A stretch of 64,000 bases of DNA from Anolis carolinensis (GCF_035594765.1 NW_026943819.1:18836703-18900702); one strand, 5' to 3'. Numbered from the stretch's first letter, positions 26,318 through 39,496 are shown. Notes: generated from the letters alone by a model not told the origin. Numbers and translations are program-made.

Positions 26318-26579
26318 CTGTAGTCAACGTTTTCAATACATTACGATGTTTTGGTGCTAAATTCATGAATACAATAACTACTATATAAATTTACCGTGTA
26401 CTGAACTGCCTTTTCTGTCGATTTGTTGTAAAAAATGATGTTTTGGTGCTTAATTTTGTAAAATCATAACGTAATTTGACGTTTAATAGGCTTTTGCTTA
26501 ATCCCTCCTTATTATCCAACATTTTTGCTTATCCAACATTCTTCCGGCCCGTTTATGTTGGATAAGTGAGACTCTACTG
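26318..26579. mobile_element. CAGTAGAG-family MITE with one end missing (variant subfamily)
   Basis: Right TIR GTTGGATAAGTGAGACTCTACTG + TA; left TIR absent. Confidence 0.85.
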
Positions 26580-26684
26580 TATTCGTAATAATAGTAACAA
26601 TGCTGCTTTTTATGGATGCGACTTGACTTTCAATTAAACCATCCAAATCCAAGTTATTCCCATGTTGTACATATCTGTAATGTA

Positions 26685-26983
26685 CAGTAGAGTCTCACTT
26701 ATCCAACATTCTGGATTATCCAACGCATTTTTGTAGGCAAGGTTTTCAATATAGTGTGATATTTTGGTGCTAAATTCGTAAATACAGTAATTACTACATA
26801 ACATTAATGTGTAATGAACTACTTTTTCTGTCAAATTTGTTGATGTTTTGGTGCTTAATTTGTAAAATCATAACCTACTTTGATGTTCAATAGGCTTTTT
26901 CTTAATCTCTCCTTATTATCCAACATATTCGCTTATCCAACGTTCTGCCAGCCCGTTTATGTTGGATAAGTGAGGCTCTACTG
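26685..26983. mobile_element. CAGTAGAG-family mariner MITE
   Basis: Both TIRs and TA TSDs present. Confidence 0.92.
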
Positions 26984-27722
26984 TATCTGCTAAAGACGAG
27001 GAACCTCTCAGAAAAAGAAAAGAACGCATTTCAAATTCAGCACCACAAATCTGGCTGAGTACACTGGGATTGAAATCCAGACTTTGAGGAGCTAAGTATT
27101 CAAAGCTCTGGACCCAGATAGATGGATCTGTCACTTTCTCTCTCTCCTTCACTCAATTGTTTTTAAAAAGACTATCAAGTGTTTTCCACTGTCCATATGA
27201 AGAATTCCTCCTTCAGGTTTAGGTGAACTCATACCAAAAAGACACTGAAATAATTTTTCCCCATCTCTATGGATACATAGCCCCATCTGGTCATGGCATT
27301 AAAATCCTGGTGATAGATGTCACATCCGCTTTCCCTGTTGTGAATGGAGACAGTACTGAAGCCGTGGCTCTGCTTTATTTAAACACAAGCCAGCAATCTC
27401 TCCCTTCATGTGTGACCATGGCCTTGCAATGTCCACCTCATTAAGCTCCCAGATGAGAAACAAATTGGCAGCTCTGTCTGGCTCTGCATCATTCTCACCT
27501 GAAGCAACACAATTTGTGACTTTTCAAAAACAGCCCTTCATTCTCATCAGCATCTGAAAAACATCATTGCCATTTGTTTTGGATAGTGATTGAGGCCAGT
27601 TGTCATTTCAGTCTTTCAATAATCTTCATAAGATAAAGAGCAAATAATTATTGTGAGTTGGGAGAGGAAATAAAAAAGAAAGGCTGGAAGTACTTTTCTT
27701 CCTTTTTCTGTATGTCTTCATA

Positions 27723-28039
27723 GTAAAGGTAAAGGTTTCCCCCTGACATTAAGTCTAGTCGTGTCCAACTCGGGGTTGGTGCTCATCTCCTAAGCTGAAG
27801 AGCTGGCTTTGTCCATAGACATCTCCAAGGTCATGTGACCGGCATGATTGCATGGAGAGCTGTTACCTTCCCGCCAGAGCAGTACCTATTGATCTACTTA
27901 CATTTGCATATTTTCAAACTGCTAGGTTGGCAGAAGCTGGGGCTAACATTGGGTGCTCACCCCACTCCCCGGATTCAAACCAGTGACCTTTCGTTCAGCA
28001 ACTTCAGCAGCTCAGCAGTTTAATCCTGGTAGGGGCTCC
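27723..28039 (-). mobile_element. Sauria SINE
   Basis: GTAAAGGTAAAGGT tail; body matches 19421. Confidence 0.88.
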
Positions 28040-28271
28040 ATGCGCTCTCCAGCCATCCCAGTTTGGCAGGGACCGTTCTCTGGCGTTCTATTTGTTTCAA
28101 CTGCTTTTAAATGTCCCAATTTCTTTCTCCTAATCCCACTTTCTGGGTTGAATCCATCAGTTTACATTTCAAAACATAGTACCAAATATTACTTAGAGTC
28201 CCATTAAGAATGGACCTACTAGAGCAAATACTGAATGATGAGTTTATATCAATCCCATTGATTCTAACCAA

Positions 28272-28402
28272 GTGGTGCCAAACTTGTGGCCCTCCAGGTG
28301 TTTTGGACTTCAGCTTCCATAATTCCTGGGCATTGGACAATCTGGCTACTGCTTCTGGGAGTTGGAGGCCCAACCATATGGAAGGCCACAAGTTTGTCAC
28401 CT
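28272..28402. mobile_element. Old palindromic hAT-type MITE
   Basis: AAACTTGTGGCCCTCCAG...GGAAGGCCACAAGTTTG inverted ends. Confidence 0.6.
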
Positions 28403-30054
28403 CTGGACTCTTCATCTCTTCTTTCAAAGCTGGGATATATGGTGCAGACTGAATACAGAATTTGAATTGCAAAATTCAGCAAGGTGGGAATCAGTAAGGA
28501 TGCTGCATGACCAATTGTGAATGCAACTGGTGATGCTCTCTTCAGGTACATTAATGCAGAGAGAGAAGAAATGGGAGAGAAAACGAAACAGAAGGAAAAA
28601 TGAAGGGGGAAAAATGAAACTGGAGAATGTAATGTATATCAGTGGGATTAAACGTAAAGCTTTTACACAAGTTCGGAAGCTTCTTACAAAGGCCCCCAGC
28701 TCCCTCATATGCTGTTAACAAAGCCTGCAGAGAAGAAGTTCCTGTAGAAGGAGGGGAATGTTTAACAAACAGTGTTCACTGCACAACATTTCCCTTGGCA
28801 TTCAGATGTTTGTACCCAGCACGGATCACGTGTTTTTTTGGACACAAAAGAAACAAAAGACAGATCAAGCGAGGCCAAGAGTGAATTATTGATCCACAGA
28901 TAAAAGCCAGGCAGACCGGTCTAAAACTGCATATCAAAAAGGCAAGACAACTTGATCCATTTAAAAAACAAATCACTGCATATAAAAAGGCCAGAGAAAT
29001 TTAGCATAAACTATTATTACTGCATAAGAGTTCATCAGTTTGCAGCATCTACGTATTGGGTAGTTCACGGCATTCAGCTGCACTCCAACACAACCAAAAA
29101 CACACAGACGTCTCTGTGTGAATGCTTTCATACCCTCTAACTGTCCTGTTATGACAACTAATCCTTTGTCACCCCAAATTTTCAATTGCTTTTGAAATGC
29201 ACTAGTTTTTCTCTCTGACTTTCATCTCCCCACTTTCATCTGCACCTTTATTTCAGTTTACGCAATACTGTGAAATGTTGGATGGTATGTTTGCTGGGTG
29301 GGAATCACAAAGTCCTCCAAATATTGCAGCTCCCTCCAATCCTCATCCTAATCTTTGTTAGCTGAAACTAGACACAATATTTAGACAGCTGGGTATTTTC
29401 CCCTACTCATGCTTGGGCTCAACTAGCCTCAATGGAAGCAGGGAATCTCCATTCACCTAATATGAGCACCAATTTAGAAGCATCATCTTGATCAATAATT
29501 CCATTTTCTAATGAACAAATGCAGAATATATAAGAAACCTCTCCATTTGGAGCATACTTCCAAAGACGTGAAATGCATAGCTGGCCAGCTATGCATTTCA
29601 TAGCTGGGCTTAGATGGGAAGAAGCCAAGAGGTGGGATGACAAAACTATACATGATAGCACTGTACATCCTGCTTGTATAACAGGAACTACTGTATTGGT
29701 TTGGTCTAACTGAGGGGAAGCCTCTTTTTCTAGGACAACTAGATATACCCAAGCACCTATCGGATCTTCAAAACTGTTTTCATAGTCAAGAGAATGCTTC
29801 CTAGCAATAGTTTCAGTGGCAGTCCTACCTCAGAAAGGCCAGAAGACACAGCAGACAAAGTACTGAATGGTTAACATACTTTTCAGCTATGTCAGGTGAA
29901 TGTCAAGTGCTTGAAAGTTAACTGCCCAGACCTTAAGGCATAAGGATGATCCTGAGCCATATTTGAGAGGAGAAGAAAGGGGAGACATTACTCCAAAGCA
30001 CTCTAGAAACAACACTAAAACAACAACAACAACAACAACAACAACAAGTAACTA

Positions 30055-30689
30055 AAGGTAAAGTTAAAGTTAAAGGTTTTCCTCTAACATTAAGTCTTAA
30101 TCGTGTCCATATCTGGGGGTTGGTGTTCATCTCCTTTTCTAAGACAAAGAGCCGGTGTTGTCTGTAGACATCTCCAAGGTAGGAGCCTCCAGTGGCCTAG
30201 GGGATAAAAGCCTCGTGACTTGAAGGTTGGGTTGCTGACCTGAAAGCTGCCAGGTTCGAATCCCACCAGGGGAGAGTGCGGATGAGCTCCCTCTTTCAGC
30301 TCCAGCTCCAGCTCCAGCTCCATGCAGGGACATGAGAGAAGCCTCCCACAAGGATGGTAAAACATCAAAAACATCCGGGCGTCCCCTGGGCAACGTCCTT
30401 GCAGACAGCCAATTCTCTCACTCCAGAAGCAACTCCGGTTGCTCCTGACACGAAAAAAAAAAATCTCCACAGTCATGTGGCCAACATGACTGCATGGAGT
30501 GCCATTACCTTTCCCCTGGAGCGGTACCTATTGACCTACTCACATTTTGCATGTTTTCGAACTGCTACGTTGGCAGAAGCTGGGGCTAACAGCGGGAGCT
30601 CACCCTGTTCCCCAGATCCAAACCACCGACCTTTAGGTCAGCAAGTTCAGCAACTCAGTGGTTTAACCCACTGCACCACTGGAGGCTCC
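30055..30689 (-). mobile_element. Full-length Sauria SINE hosting another SINE
   Basis: TSD AACAAGTAACTA (30043-30054) / AACATGTAACTA (30690-30701); next to (CAA)n at 30020-30047. Confidence 0.9.
30182..30463 (+). mobile_element. GCTCCTGACAC-tail SINE nested in the Sauria SINE
   Basis: Very similar to 24277-24560; TSD TCTCCAAGGT / TCTCCACAGT. Confidence 0.9.
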
Positions 30690-31535
30690 AACATGTAACT
30701 ATACACATATATACAAAATTAGTGAAGTAGTTTCAGTGTTGGTTCAGGACTCTAGGGAATCAGAGTTTGAATGTCTCCTCAGCCATGGAAACTCATTGGG
30801 TGATTTCAACCTCAGGTAAAGGCAATGACAAACCTCCGGTGAATAATTATTTCCCAAATGATTGTGATAAATTTGCCTTACTGTACATCAGAAACTTAAA
30901 GGTACAACACGACACATGCACTTTTCAAGAAAGTGTTCTCATCCTGAGATTCCTCTCCCTTAATTAAGGAGGAGAGAGTCCAGCCCTGAGATCTGAGGAA
31001 AGCTTACTTCAGACTATATTGAAATGTGCAGCTTCGGGGGGGGGGGGGTGCATAGAGATAGCTTGGGTTTTCTTCTACTGCTGTACCTATCCAGCTGCAC
31101 ACTGCAGCTGGGAATTAACTTCATCATTATTTTTCTCTCATAAGTTAATTGCAGTAAAGGCTCCCTGAAGTAAAAACACTATTGGGATTGAGCCTCCAAA
31201 CACTTTTCAATACAATTACGAATGTTTTTATGGCAGAGAAGCAACATACAAAGTTGTTTTGATAATCCCAAATCAGGGACAGCAGGATGCTCAAAAATGA
31301 ATGTCCAATTCTATGGAACTTTATGTGCACTTTTTTCCTCTGACACACACACATGTGGATAGAAAATAAATAAAATCAAACCTCATCCTCACAACATAGC
31401 ATTACGCAGCTTGGCTCATATGCATGTCACAAGAAGTTACTGTTTCAACAAGAAATTTCAACCATCTCATTAAAATATTGTTCATTTAAAAATAATTTTA
31501 AAAGCAAACAATAATAAAATATTCAACTGCAAGTA

Positions 31536-31858
31536 CAGTAGAGTCTCGCTTATCCAACGTAAACGGGCCGGCACAACGTTGGATAAGCGAATATGTTGGA
31601 TAATAAGGAGAGATTAAGGAAAAGCCTATTACACATCAAATTAGGTTATGATTTTACAAATTAAGCACCAAAACATCAGGTTATACAACACATTTAACAG
31701 AAAAAGTAGTTCAATACACAGTAATGCTATGTAGTAATTACTGTATTTACGAATTTAGCACCAAAATATCATGATGTATTGAAAACATTGACTACAAAAA
31801 TGTGTTGGATAATCCAGAACATTGGATAAGCGAGTGTTGGATAAGTGAGACTCTACTG
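31536..31858. mobile_element. CAGTAGAG-family mariner MITE (opposite orientation to 26685)
   Basis: TIRs and TA TSDs. Confidence 0.92.
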
Positions 31859-32600
31859 TATCCTCATTCCAAATGACTCTACTGCAACCAGTTCTACATA
31901 TGTGGGTATATTACCAGAAAACCATGAAAGAATCACCAAGCCAGGATTATTATTATTAATAGGATGAGCAAGGTATCTAAAACAGTGTACCATTCATTTT
32001 TAGGCAGCTCTTACATATTGTGAAACCAACACTCCTTTTTGCAACAACTTCAGAGAAAAGCCAAGAGAGTTGTGGAAACTATACCAAAAATTCCTTTATG
32101 GGCAGTATATATTTCTGTCAATGGTGCACCATGTGGATAAACAAGCTTAAAGTCACAATTCATCCCTTGCTAACAATCACAATGTGCTCCCTATTTATTT
32201 CAAAATAGATAATCTTTGCATTTGTTAGTGTTGTTGGGATGCATGTGCTTTAAAGTGTCGGCATGACACTAGTGCTAGTCAGCATTATTTGAGTCTTCAT
32301 TCAACTGTATTTGGCTGCAGGGAGCATGTTTGTGTATGTGCCTTCAAGCCGTCTGTTGACTAATGGTAACCCATGCTTTTTAGATGTTTCTTTAGGCAAA
32401 GAATGCTCAGAAGTGATTTTGCTGTTTTTCGTCTTAAATATAGCCTACATCACATGGCATTTTTGCCTGGCCACCCATCCAAGTAGCAAAGACAGCTGCC
32501 TGTGTTTAGATTTCAAGGTCAGATGGAAGTTGGTACTTTTGGGATATTACGTTTTCTGGATTCTGGGAAGCTAGAGAACAAATCCCCACTCAAGCATGTA

Positions 32601-33269
32601 CCGTATATACTCGAGTATAAGCCAACCCGAATATAAGCCGAGGCACCTAATTTTACCACAAAAAACTGGGAAAACATTGACTCCAGTATAAGCCGAGGGT
32701 GGTAAATTTTAGAAATAAAAACAGATACCAATAAAATGACATTAATTGAGGCATCAGTAGGTTAAATGTGTTTGAATATTTACATCAAGCTCAAATTTAA
32801 GATAAGACTGTCCAACTCCGATCCAATCATTATTCTCATCTTCTTCAATGTAAATGTGCTTATGTATCCTTTTAATAATAATAGAGTAAAATAATACATG
32901 TAATAATAATAATAATAAATACAGGAAAATAATACATGTAATAATAAATAGAGTAAAATAATAAATGCAATAATAATAATAATAATAATAATAAGATCAG
33001 AGTGAAATAATAAATGTAATAATAATAATAATAATAACAAAAATAGAGTAAAATAAATGTAATAGTAGCAACAATAATAGAGAAAAATAATCAATGTAAT
33101 AAGACCAATAATAATAGAGAAAAATAATAAATGTACCATATATTCTTGAGTATAAGCTGACCCAAATATAAACCAACCAGGACCCTCACCCGAGTATAAG
33201 CCGAGGGGGGGGGCTTTTTCAGTCTTAAAAAAGGGCTGAAAAACTAGGTTTTTTCTCGAGTATATACAG
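32601..33269. mobile_element. Non-autonomous Tc1/mariner element with an internal AT-rich minisatellite
   Basis: TA-flanked TIR CCGTATATACTCGAG / CTCGAGTATATACAG; TATAAGCC subterminal repeats; (AAT)n-AGAGTAAAATAATAAATGT array at ~32873-33136. Confidence 0.88.
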
Positions 33270-33405
33270 TAAGTTCAGTGAGTGACCCTGGAGAGGTCAC
33301 ACTCCCTTAACCTTAGGAGAAGCCATTTGAAAGCTTCTCAGAATAAATCTAGCACAAAAAATGCAATAATAAATCTAGCCAAGAAAATGTGTTGGTTCTT
33401 TGTTT

Positions 33406-33467
33406 TGCATGGCAAGGAGTTGGACTGGATGGCCCTTGGGGGTCTCTTCCAACTGTATGATTCTATT
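33406..33467 (+). mobile_element. CR1 3' terminus
   Basis: GGAGTTGGACTGGATGGCCCTTGGGGGTCTCTTCCAACTGTATGATTCTA. Confidence 0.75.
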
Positions 33468-34662
33468 AATCACTTTGCAATAAGTTTGAGTCACTTTGAA
33501 GGCACACAGCTATAACTACATTCCATAGATGACTGCAATGTCATTATTTTTTGTGTGAGTTGTTTTCTGACCACACCCAAGTGCAGGAACCTACCACTAT
33601 CTACAACGGAGCAGAGCAATATCTTTACAAACAGAAACTGTAGTTCTTTCCAGTATGATGCTACATGGAGTTGCAGACTCCAAAGGAAAAGAGGGAGGAG
33701 GGCTAAAAATGCTTTGTTAATATTCAAATCGATTCAACCCATTTAAATTTGAATTCTGTGCATATGATTAGACAGAAACAAATGCAAATGTATACAAATT
33801 TACCCATAAAAAGGAAACAAATAAGGAAGCTATGCATAATAGGATTAGAATCCATCTATTTCAGTCCAGGGTGGGTACAAAGGAGGTCTCTGAGGAATGG
33901 GACCTTTTGTTTGAGTCCATTGACAGATTAACCTTTATTGGGAATTGGCCACAAACAAGACAGCTTTGGATGTGGAATGACTCAAAAGGCCTCTGGTATC
34001 TGCTTTGAGACTCTGATTGACAGCTTGGAAGACAGGCATAGAAACCAACAATGAAATAGAAGAGGATGCAAGTGAAAAAGCTGGGAAATGCGTATTTAAT
34101 ACAGAGCTAAAAATGTTATACAAGAAGCTACTCAAGGTACAGTAGCAATGCACACAATAAAGGGCACCTCCCCCCCCCCCAAAAAAAAAATCCTCGCCCT
34201 GCGTATGCACTCCTGATAAGCCATAAGGATGCTGAAAGATTTGCTCTTGGCCTATTCGAACATGAATTGATCTGATATACATTTCTTGGACAGATGTATC
34301 AACCAGATCTGAATCATTCAATGGCTTTGACACTTCTAGATGGGTCAATGCATTTTTTTTTTTGCTTTTTAAAAATAAACACCAACATAGAGAGAATTTA
34401 TTTCTATTTTTAAAATAAAATTGTATCAATGATTCCAGAGATTCCCAGAAATCCAAACAGCTGGTAAACTGGCTGGTAAACTGGGACCCACAGGTCGAGA
34501 ACCACTTGTCTAGCATGATTCATTAGATGTGATAAGTCTACCTATTAACTTTGTTTCCAGTTAGGTCTGGTTGGATCTGTACTCTTACTTCCCCCATGCT
34601 CATTTTAAAAGAGATTGCACATTTTAAAAGCATGAATGGGTTGCCTATTTGCTCCTCAGATA

Positions 34663-34969
34663 CAGTAGAGTCTCACGTATCCAACATAAACGGGCCGGCA
34701 GAACATTGGATAAGCGAATATGTTGGATAATAAGGAGGGATTAAGGAAAAGTCTATAAAACATCAAATTAGGTTATAAATTTACAAATTAAGCACCCGAA
34801 CATCATGTTATATAACAAATTTGACAGAAAAAGTAGTTCAATATGCAGTAATGCTATGTAGTAATTACTGTATTTACGAATTTAGCACCAAAATATCACG
34901 ATGTATTGAAAACATTGACAGAAAAATGCATTGGATAATCCAGAACGTTGGATAAGTGAGACTTTACTG
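34663..34969. mobile_element. CAGTAGAG-family mariner MITE
   Basis: TIRs and TA TSDs. Confidence 0.9.
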
Positions 34970-36041
34970 TACTATGATGCCAGTCCTTCAAACAGTACTA
35001 TGAAAAATATAAGGAGATATGCAAAATGGCTTATACACTGTGCTTGGATATTGAACTACAGTTCCCAAAATTCAGACTACTCATCTTCTAGTGACCACAG
35101 TGGTAATCCAGAAAAGCAACTTTTCCAAGATCAAATTTAGAGTATTGCTCATCTAGCCAAGTGGCTTTTTGAGACACAGAATTAAGTTGCTACGGTCTTC
35201 AAATGAGTATACTAATGTTTGTTTATACTTGGAATTACTTGTGCAGCCCTTGTTTTCTATGGCGATGCACCTGTCCTTCCCCTCTACACTCCTGTTGCAG
35301 ATAAAGATCGCAAATGGCAAACTCTTCACAGGCTGTTGACAGAAAAAAGCTTACCGGTAAGATGAGAGGTGGCAGAAATGATTTCTGCTTCATGCAGTTC
35401 TCAAACCCATCCTTTTATTGTATTACATTTTCATTTGAAGTAAATATCTATTTTCAATTAGCACACATTTCAAGAACGACATGCATCATTTAGAGTGCTA
35501 GTTTCTCTACTCCTCATTATTAGCCTGGAAGTCATTGAAGTTTAACTAACAGCCTTTTAAAAGACTCTGCTTTAAAATGATTGCACTAATCCACTTCCCC
35601 CCTCCTTCCAGGAGTCTGGGATTCGCTTACCTATCAGTAAGAAAATGAAATATGACAAGGACTTGTTTCCTGGGTAATCTACCATGGTGTTATCCGGCCA
35701 CTGGGTTATTAGGAAGACAAAACCGTTAACGCTTCTCAAGTGTTTTTGTTTCTACTTGGAAAATACAGTGTTAGCTCACTACTTCACAGTTCACTTTTTG
35801 CGGATTCACTGTTTTGCGGTTTTTCAATAAACTCTAAAAGACTATTATAAATAATAAAAAATTACAATTTACAGCCTAAGGAAGGGAGGAAGGAGAAGCC
35901 AAAGGGAGAGAAAAGGAGCCCAAGCAGCAACAGGAGGAGGAGGAGGCGATTTATCAACAAACGATTGGTTGATAAAGACTTAAAACAGTGTGTAACTACT
36001 AAAATAATGTATAAATATTAAAATTAATATAGTGTCCCTAC

Positions 36042-37140
36042 CAGAGCTGGCCCTAGGTATTTTTCAAGTGTAGGCGAACAGAATTTTAGTGCCCCCCACC
36101 CAAACCAATCACAGAAAAATATTTATTATTATTTATTTGCTACATTTTATATGCCGCACTTCTCACCCCGAAGGGGACTCAGAGCGGCTTGCAAATTAAA
36201 TTTACATACAATATTATATCAGCATACTACAATACTGGTAATAAATTACTATATTGTACTGTATCAATATATTGTAATATTATTAGTAATATTACATGTA
36301 AAATATAATATATAATTGATATTATTATATTGTATTATTAGTATTATATCGTATTACAATATAATATTGTGAATATTATATGTATATACAATATTTTATA
36401 ATCTATATATATAAAAGGGTAATGAAATTTCGGCCTAGGACAAAACAACAAAACTACACATCCCAGAAACACTAAACTTGGCAGCACAACCCCTCATCCA
36501 TGCCTCTACGTTCATACAAAAAAAAAGGAAAGAAAAATAAAGTCCTAATTAGAGGGAGAGGAATAATTGTCTCCTAATTGGTCTCCTAGCAATGCACTCA
36601 GCCCAGGGGACAGGCAGAGTTAGGCCTCACTTAGGCCTCTTCCACATTGCCTATAAAATACAGATTATCTGATTTTAACTGGATTATATGGCAGTGTAGA
36701 CTCAAGGCCCTTCCACACAGCTATATAACCTATTTATAATGGACTTAATGTCAGGGGAAAACCTTTACCCTTTACCTTAACTAACACCAATTCCTCAATA
36801 CTTTATTTCCCATACCACCATACTTCGCCACAGCAACGCGTGGCCGGGCACAGCTAGTTATTATATATTAATATAATGTGTGTGTGTGTGTGTGTGTGTA
36901 TATATAAAACTAGCATAGCATATTATAAAATAAAAGCATTGGATAAGCGAAAATGTTGGATAATAAGGAGGGATTAAGGAAAAGCCTATTAAACATCAAA
37001 TTACATTAAGATTTTACAAATTAAGCACCAAAACATCATGTTTTACAACAAATCAACAGAAAAAGGAGTCTCGACTGCGCCCCTGTATGTTTTGTGCCCG
37101 AAGCGACCACTTGATTCGCCTCATTGTTGGACCGGCTGTG
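36042..37140. mobile_element. Composite non-autonomous hAT element
   Basis: Perfect 8-bp TSD GTCCCTAC (36034-36041, 37141-37148); imperfect TIR CAGAGCTGGCCC / GGACCGGCTGTG. Confidence 0.85.
36402..36857 (+). mobile_element. Non-autonomous Helitron
   Basis: 5' TC, 3' CTAG, subterminal hairpin GCCAC-AGCAACGC-GTGGC (36827-36844), inserted between A (36401) and T (36858), no TSD. Confidence 0.85.
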
Positions 37141-38703
37141 GTCCCTACTTCGCGAATTTTCACTTATTGTGGGTGGTCCTGGAACCTAACCCCCGCAATA
37201 AGTGTATTATAGGGGCATTTTAGGCTCAGTTGGTACTAGAAAGCCACCCTGTAAAACAAAAACATGACAGTGTAGCACAGGAATAAGGAATGTACAATTT
37301 TCTGGTTGCTGTTGCACCACACCCCTAAATGAATTCCGCTATTTCTTATATTTTATTGAGTTGCAATCCATTGACTATAAGGTCACATTCTGGTCACTCC
37401 TGGTAAAGCACCTCCAACCCTGAGGTCTATTCCACACATTACACAGAAGCCTAGAGAGAGTCATTGATGCTCAGATTAGACACCATATGAAAGTATGGTT
37501 GCAAACAGTCATGGTTTAGAGTTCATCCCTCAGTTCAAGCTGTCAAAGGAGGACGTAAGTTATAGATCAAAGCTGCTTTTCTGGTGTTATGCATTGTTTG
37601 CTTTTGTTTCTCTTTTGTTCAAGACAGGGATTTCTGTGTCGGGGGATGCAAGATTGACATATAGGCTAGGATGTGTTTTGCGTACTTGTGTGCATGTACA
37701 AAACAGTAAAAAGACTGGTTACAGTGAATAATAATGATAATAATGATATCTCCAAATAATGAAATCATTATGAGGATAATGACAAAATGCATGATTAATA
37801 TTATTACCATCATCCCACTTTCTCTCGCTAAATAAAGAGACTCAAAGTGGCTAACGGAAAAAGAAATACATCAAACACTGTAAAACTGTTTAAAGAATAA
37901 AATGAATACATCAAGGAAAGAAGATAATATAGTAAACCTTACTAAGTGGTAGCTATAAACTAGAAACATATGTAAAGCCTATGAATTTCATAGAATTTTA
38001 TGTCTCAGTAAACAAAGTAGATGTATTCCTGGGCTTTACTTTTTAGAAACTTTGGTTGCAAAGGTAGAAATAATATAGAAAAATAAGGAAATATTCCTAT
38101 ACCACCAACATAAACATAAAAGAATAAGAATAATAGTTGAACATATTTCAGAAAGCTTTTTTTATCCAAACTAACATTATGCGCATACATGGAACAGCAG
38201 GTCAGGTAAGCCTTGCTTAAGTAAACAAAACATTTTGAATCTTCTAGGGCCCACTTAATAGCTTCTTCCAAAATTTATTCTGGGATGATTTTTCATTCTT
38301 TTAACAGTTTCCACTCTGATGATTTCCATTTTGATGGAGGAACTTAGAGAATTATGCCTTTTCAATATTCCAGAGTAGTACAGCCTGGCTAATCTTTTTT
38401 CTTCTTTTCTGTTTGTTTCATTCTTCCCATATGCTCCTTCAATGATTCTGGAGGCAGCTGTTTGCCTTGCCTAAACAGTGATACAGTAGAATCACCCAGA
38501 GTATAATCCCATTCTTTTTCAGGTCAAGCTTTATTACACTGTTTTCTTCAGAAACGCTGTTCAACCCAATACTGAAAGCATGTCTTTCTCCAGACCTCAT
38601 ACACACACACACACACACACCACCCAACACTGAAAAAATACTTCCAGAAGGACAGAAGAGGAAGGTCTGGGCTGGGCTAAGCTTCCATAAAAAAGCAATG
38701 TCT

Positions 38704-38893
38704 TAGAATCATAAGAGCCATAGAGCTGGAAGAGACCACAAGGGTCATCCAGTCCAACCCTATTTTGTCACGCAGGAACAGACAATCAAAGCACTCCCAA
38801 CAAATGACCATAGAGCCTTTATTTAAAAACCTCCAGAGAAGGAGACTACAGCCAACTACAAGGCAACACGTTCCATTGCCGAAGAAGCTCTTA
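38704..38893 (-). mobile_element. CR1 LINE 3' fragment
   Basis: TAGAATCATA...GAGCTGGAAGAGACCACAAGGGTCATCCAGTCCAACCC. Confidence 0.8.
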
Positions 38894-39496
38894 GGAAGAA
38901 CAAAGTGGCATCAAAACCTTTTGGATAAGGCTATTGAGGTAATTTAATTTGGACACAAAAAGACCAGGGTTTTCATCTCTGCTTAGTCATTAGTTGACCT
39001 TCAGCAAGTCACCTCTCTCAGCCCCAGAAGAGAGCAAATGACAAACCTGTGTTGAATAAATCTTGCCAAGAAAGTCCTAGCATAAGTCTGCCAAATGTTG
39101 GAGTGAACTTGACGGCACATAACAAACAAACACTGCATTTGTGTGTGAAGGCAACAGCAAGTTTATGGACTCTGAAAAACCAGGGTTTTAATGTCTGCTT
39201 GGCCATGGAAACCCAGTGATGCTCACTTAGCCTTAGAGGAAAACAATAACAACCCTTTCTTAAAGAAATCTTGAAGACAGCCCAAGATAAATTCACCTTG
39301 GAGTCACCATAAATTAGAAATAACTTGAAGGCTCACAACGACACAGACAATGAAAGAGAGAATGGCCCAAATCCTGTTGTCAATCCCGACTAGAGTAGAT
39401 TCATTGAATCAGTGGAATTTACTTACACGTTGGCTTGCCATTCAACAATTCATTAAATGGGTCTATCTAGTTGGAAATAAGCCAACATATCACACC

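Larger units (their letters stand above)
35766..37204. mobile_element. Tigger-like MITE (14845 family), split by a hAT insertion
   Basis: 35766-36041 and 37141-37204 are colinear with the 14845-15491 host; right TIR truncated. Confidence 0.85.

Noticed and set aside
32873-33136. Repeat array (and the 61226 array) as CRISPR-like
   Set aside because: Eukaryotic context, no unique spacers, no cas genes; ordinary minisatellites.
33935-34516. Longest ORF in the track (193 aa)
   Set aside because: Begins in a MITE remnant, crosses homopolymer runs, no recognisable domain.
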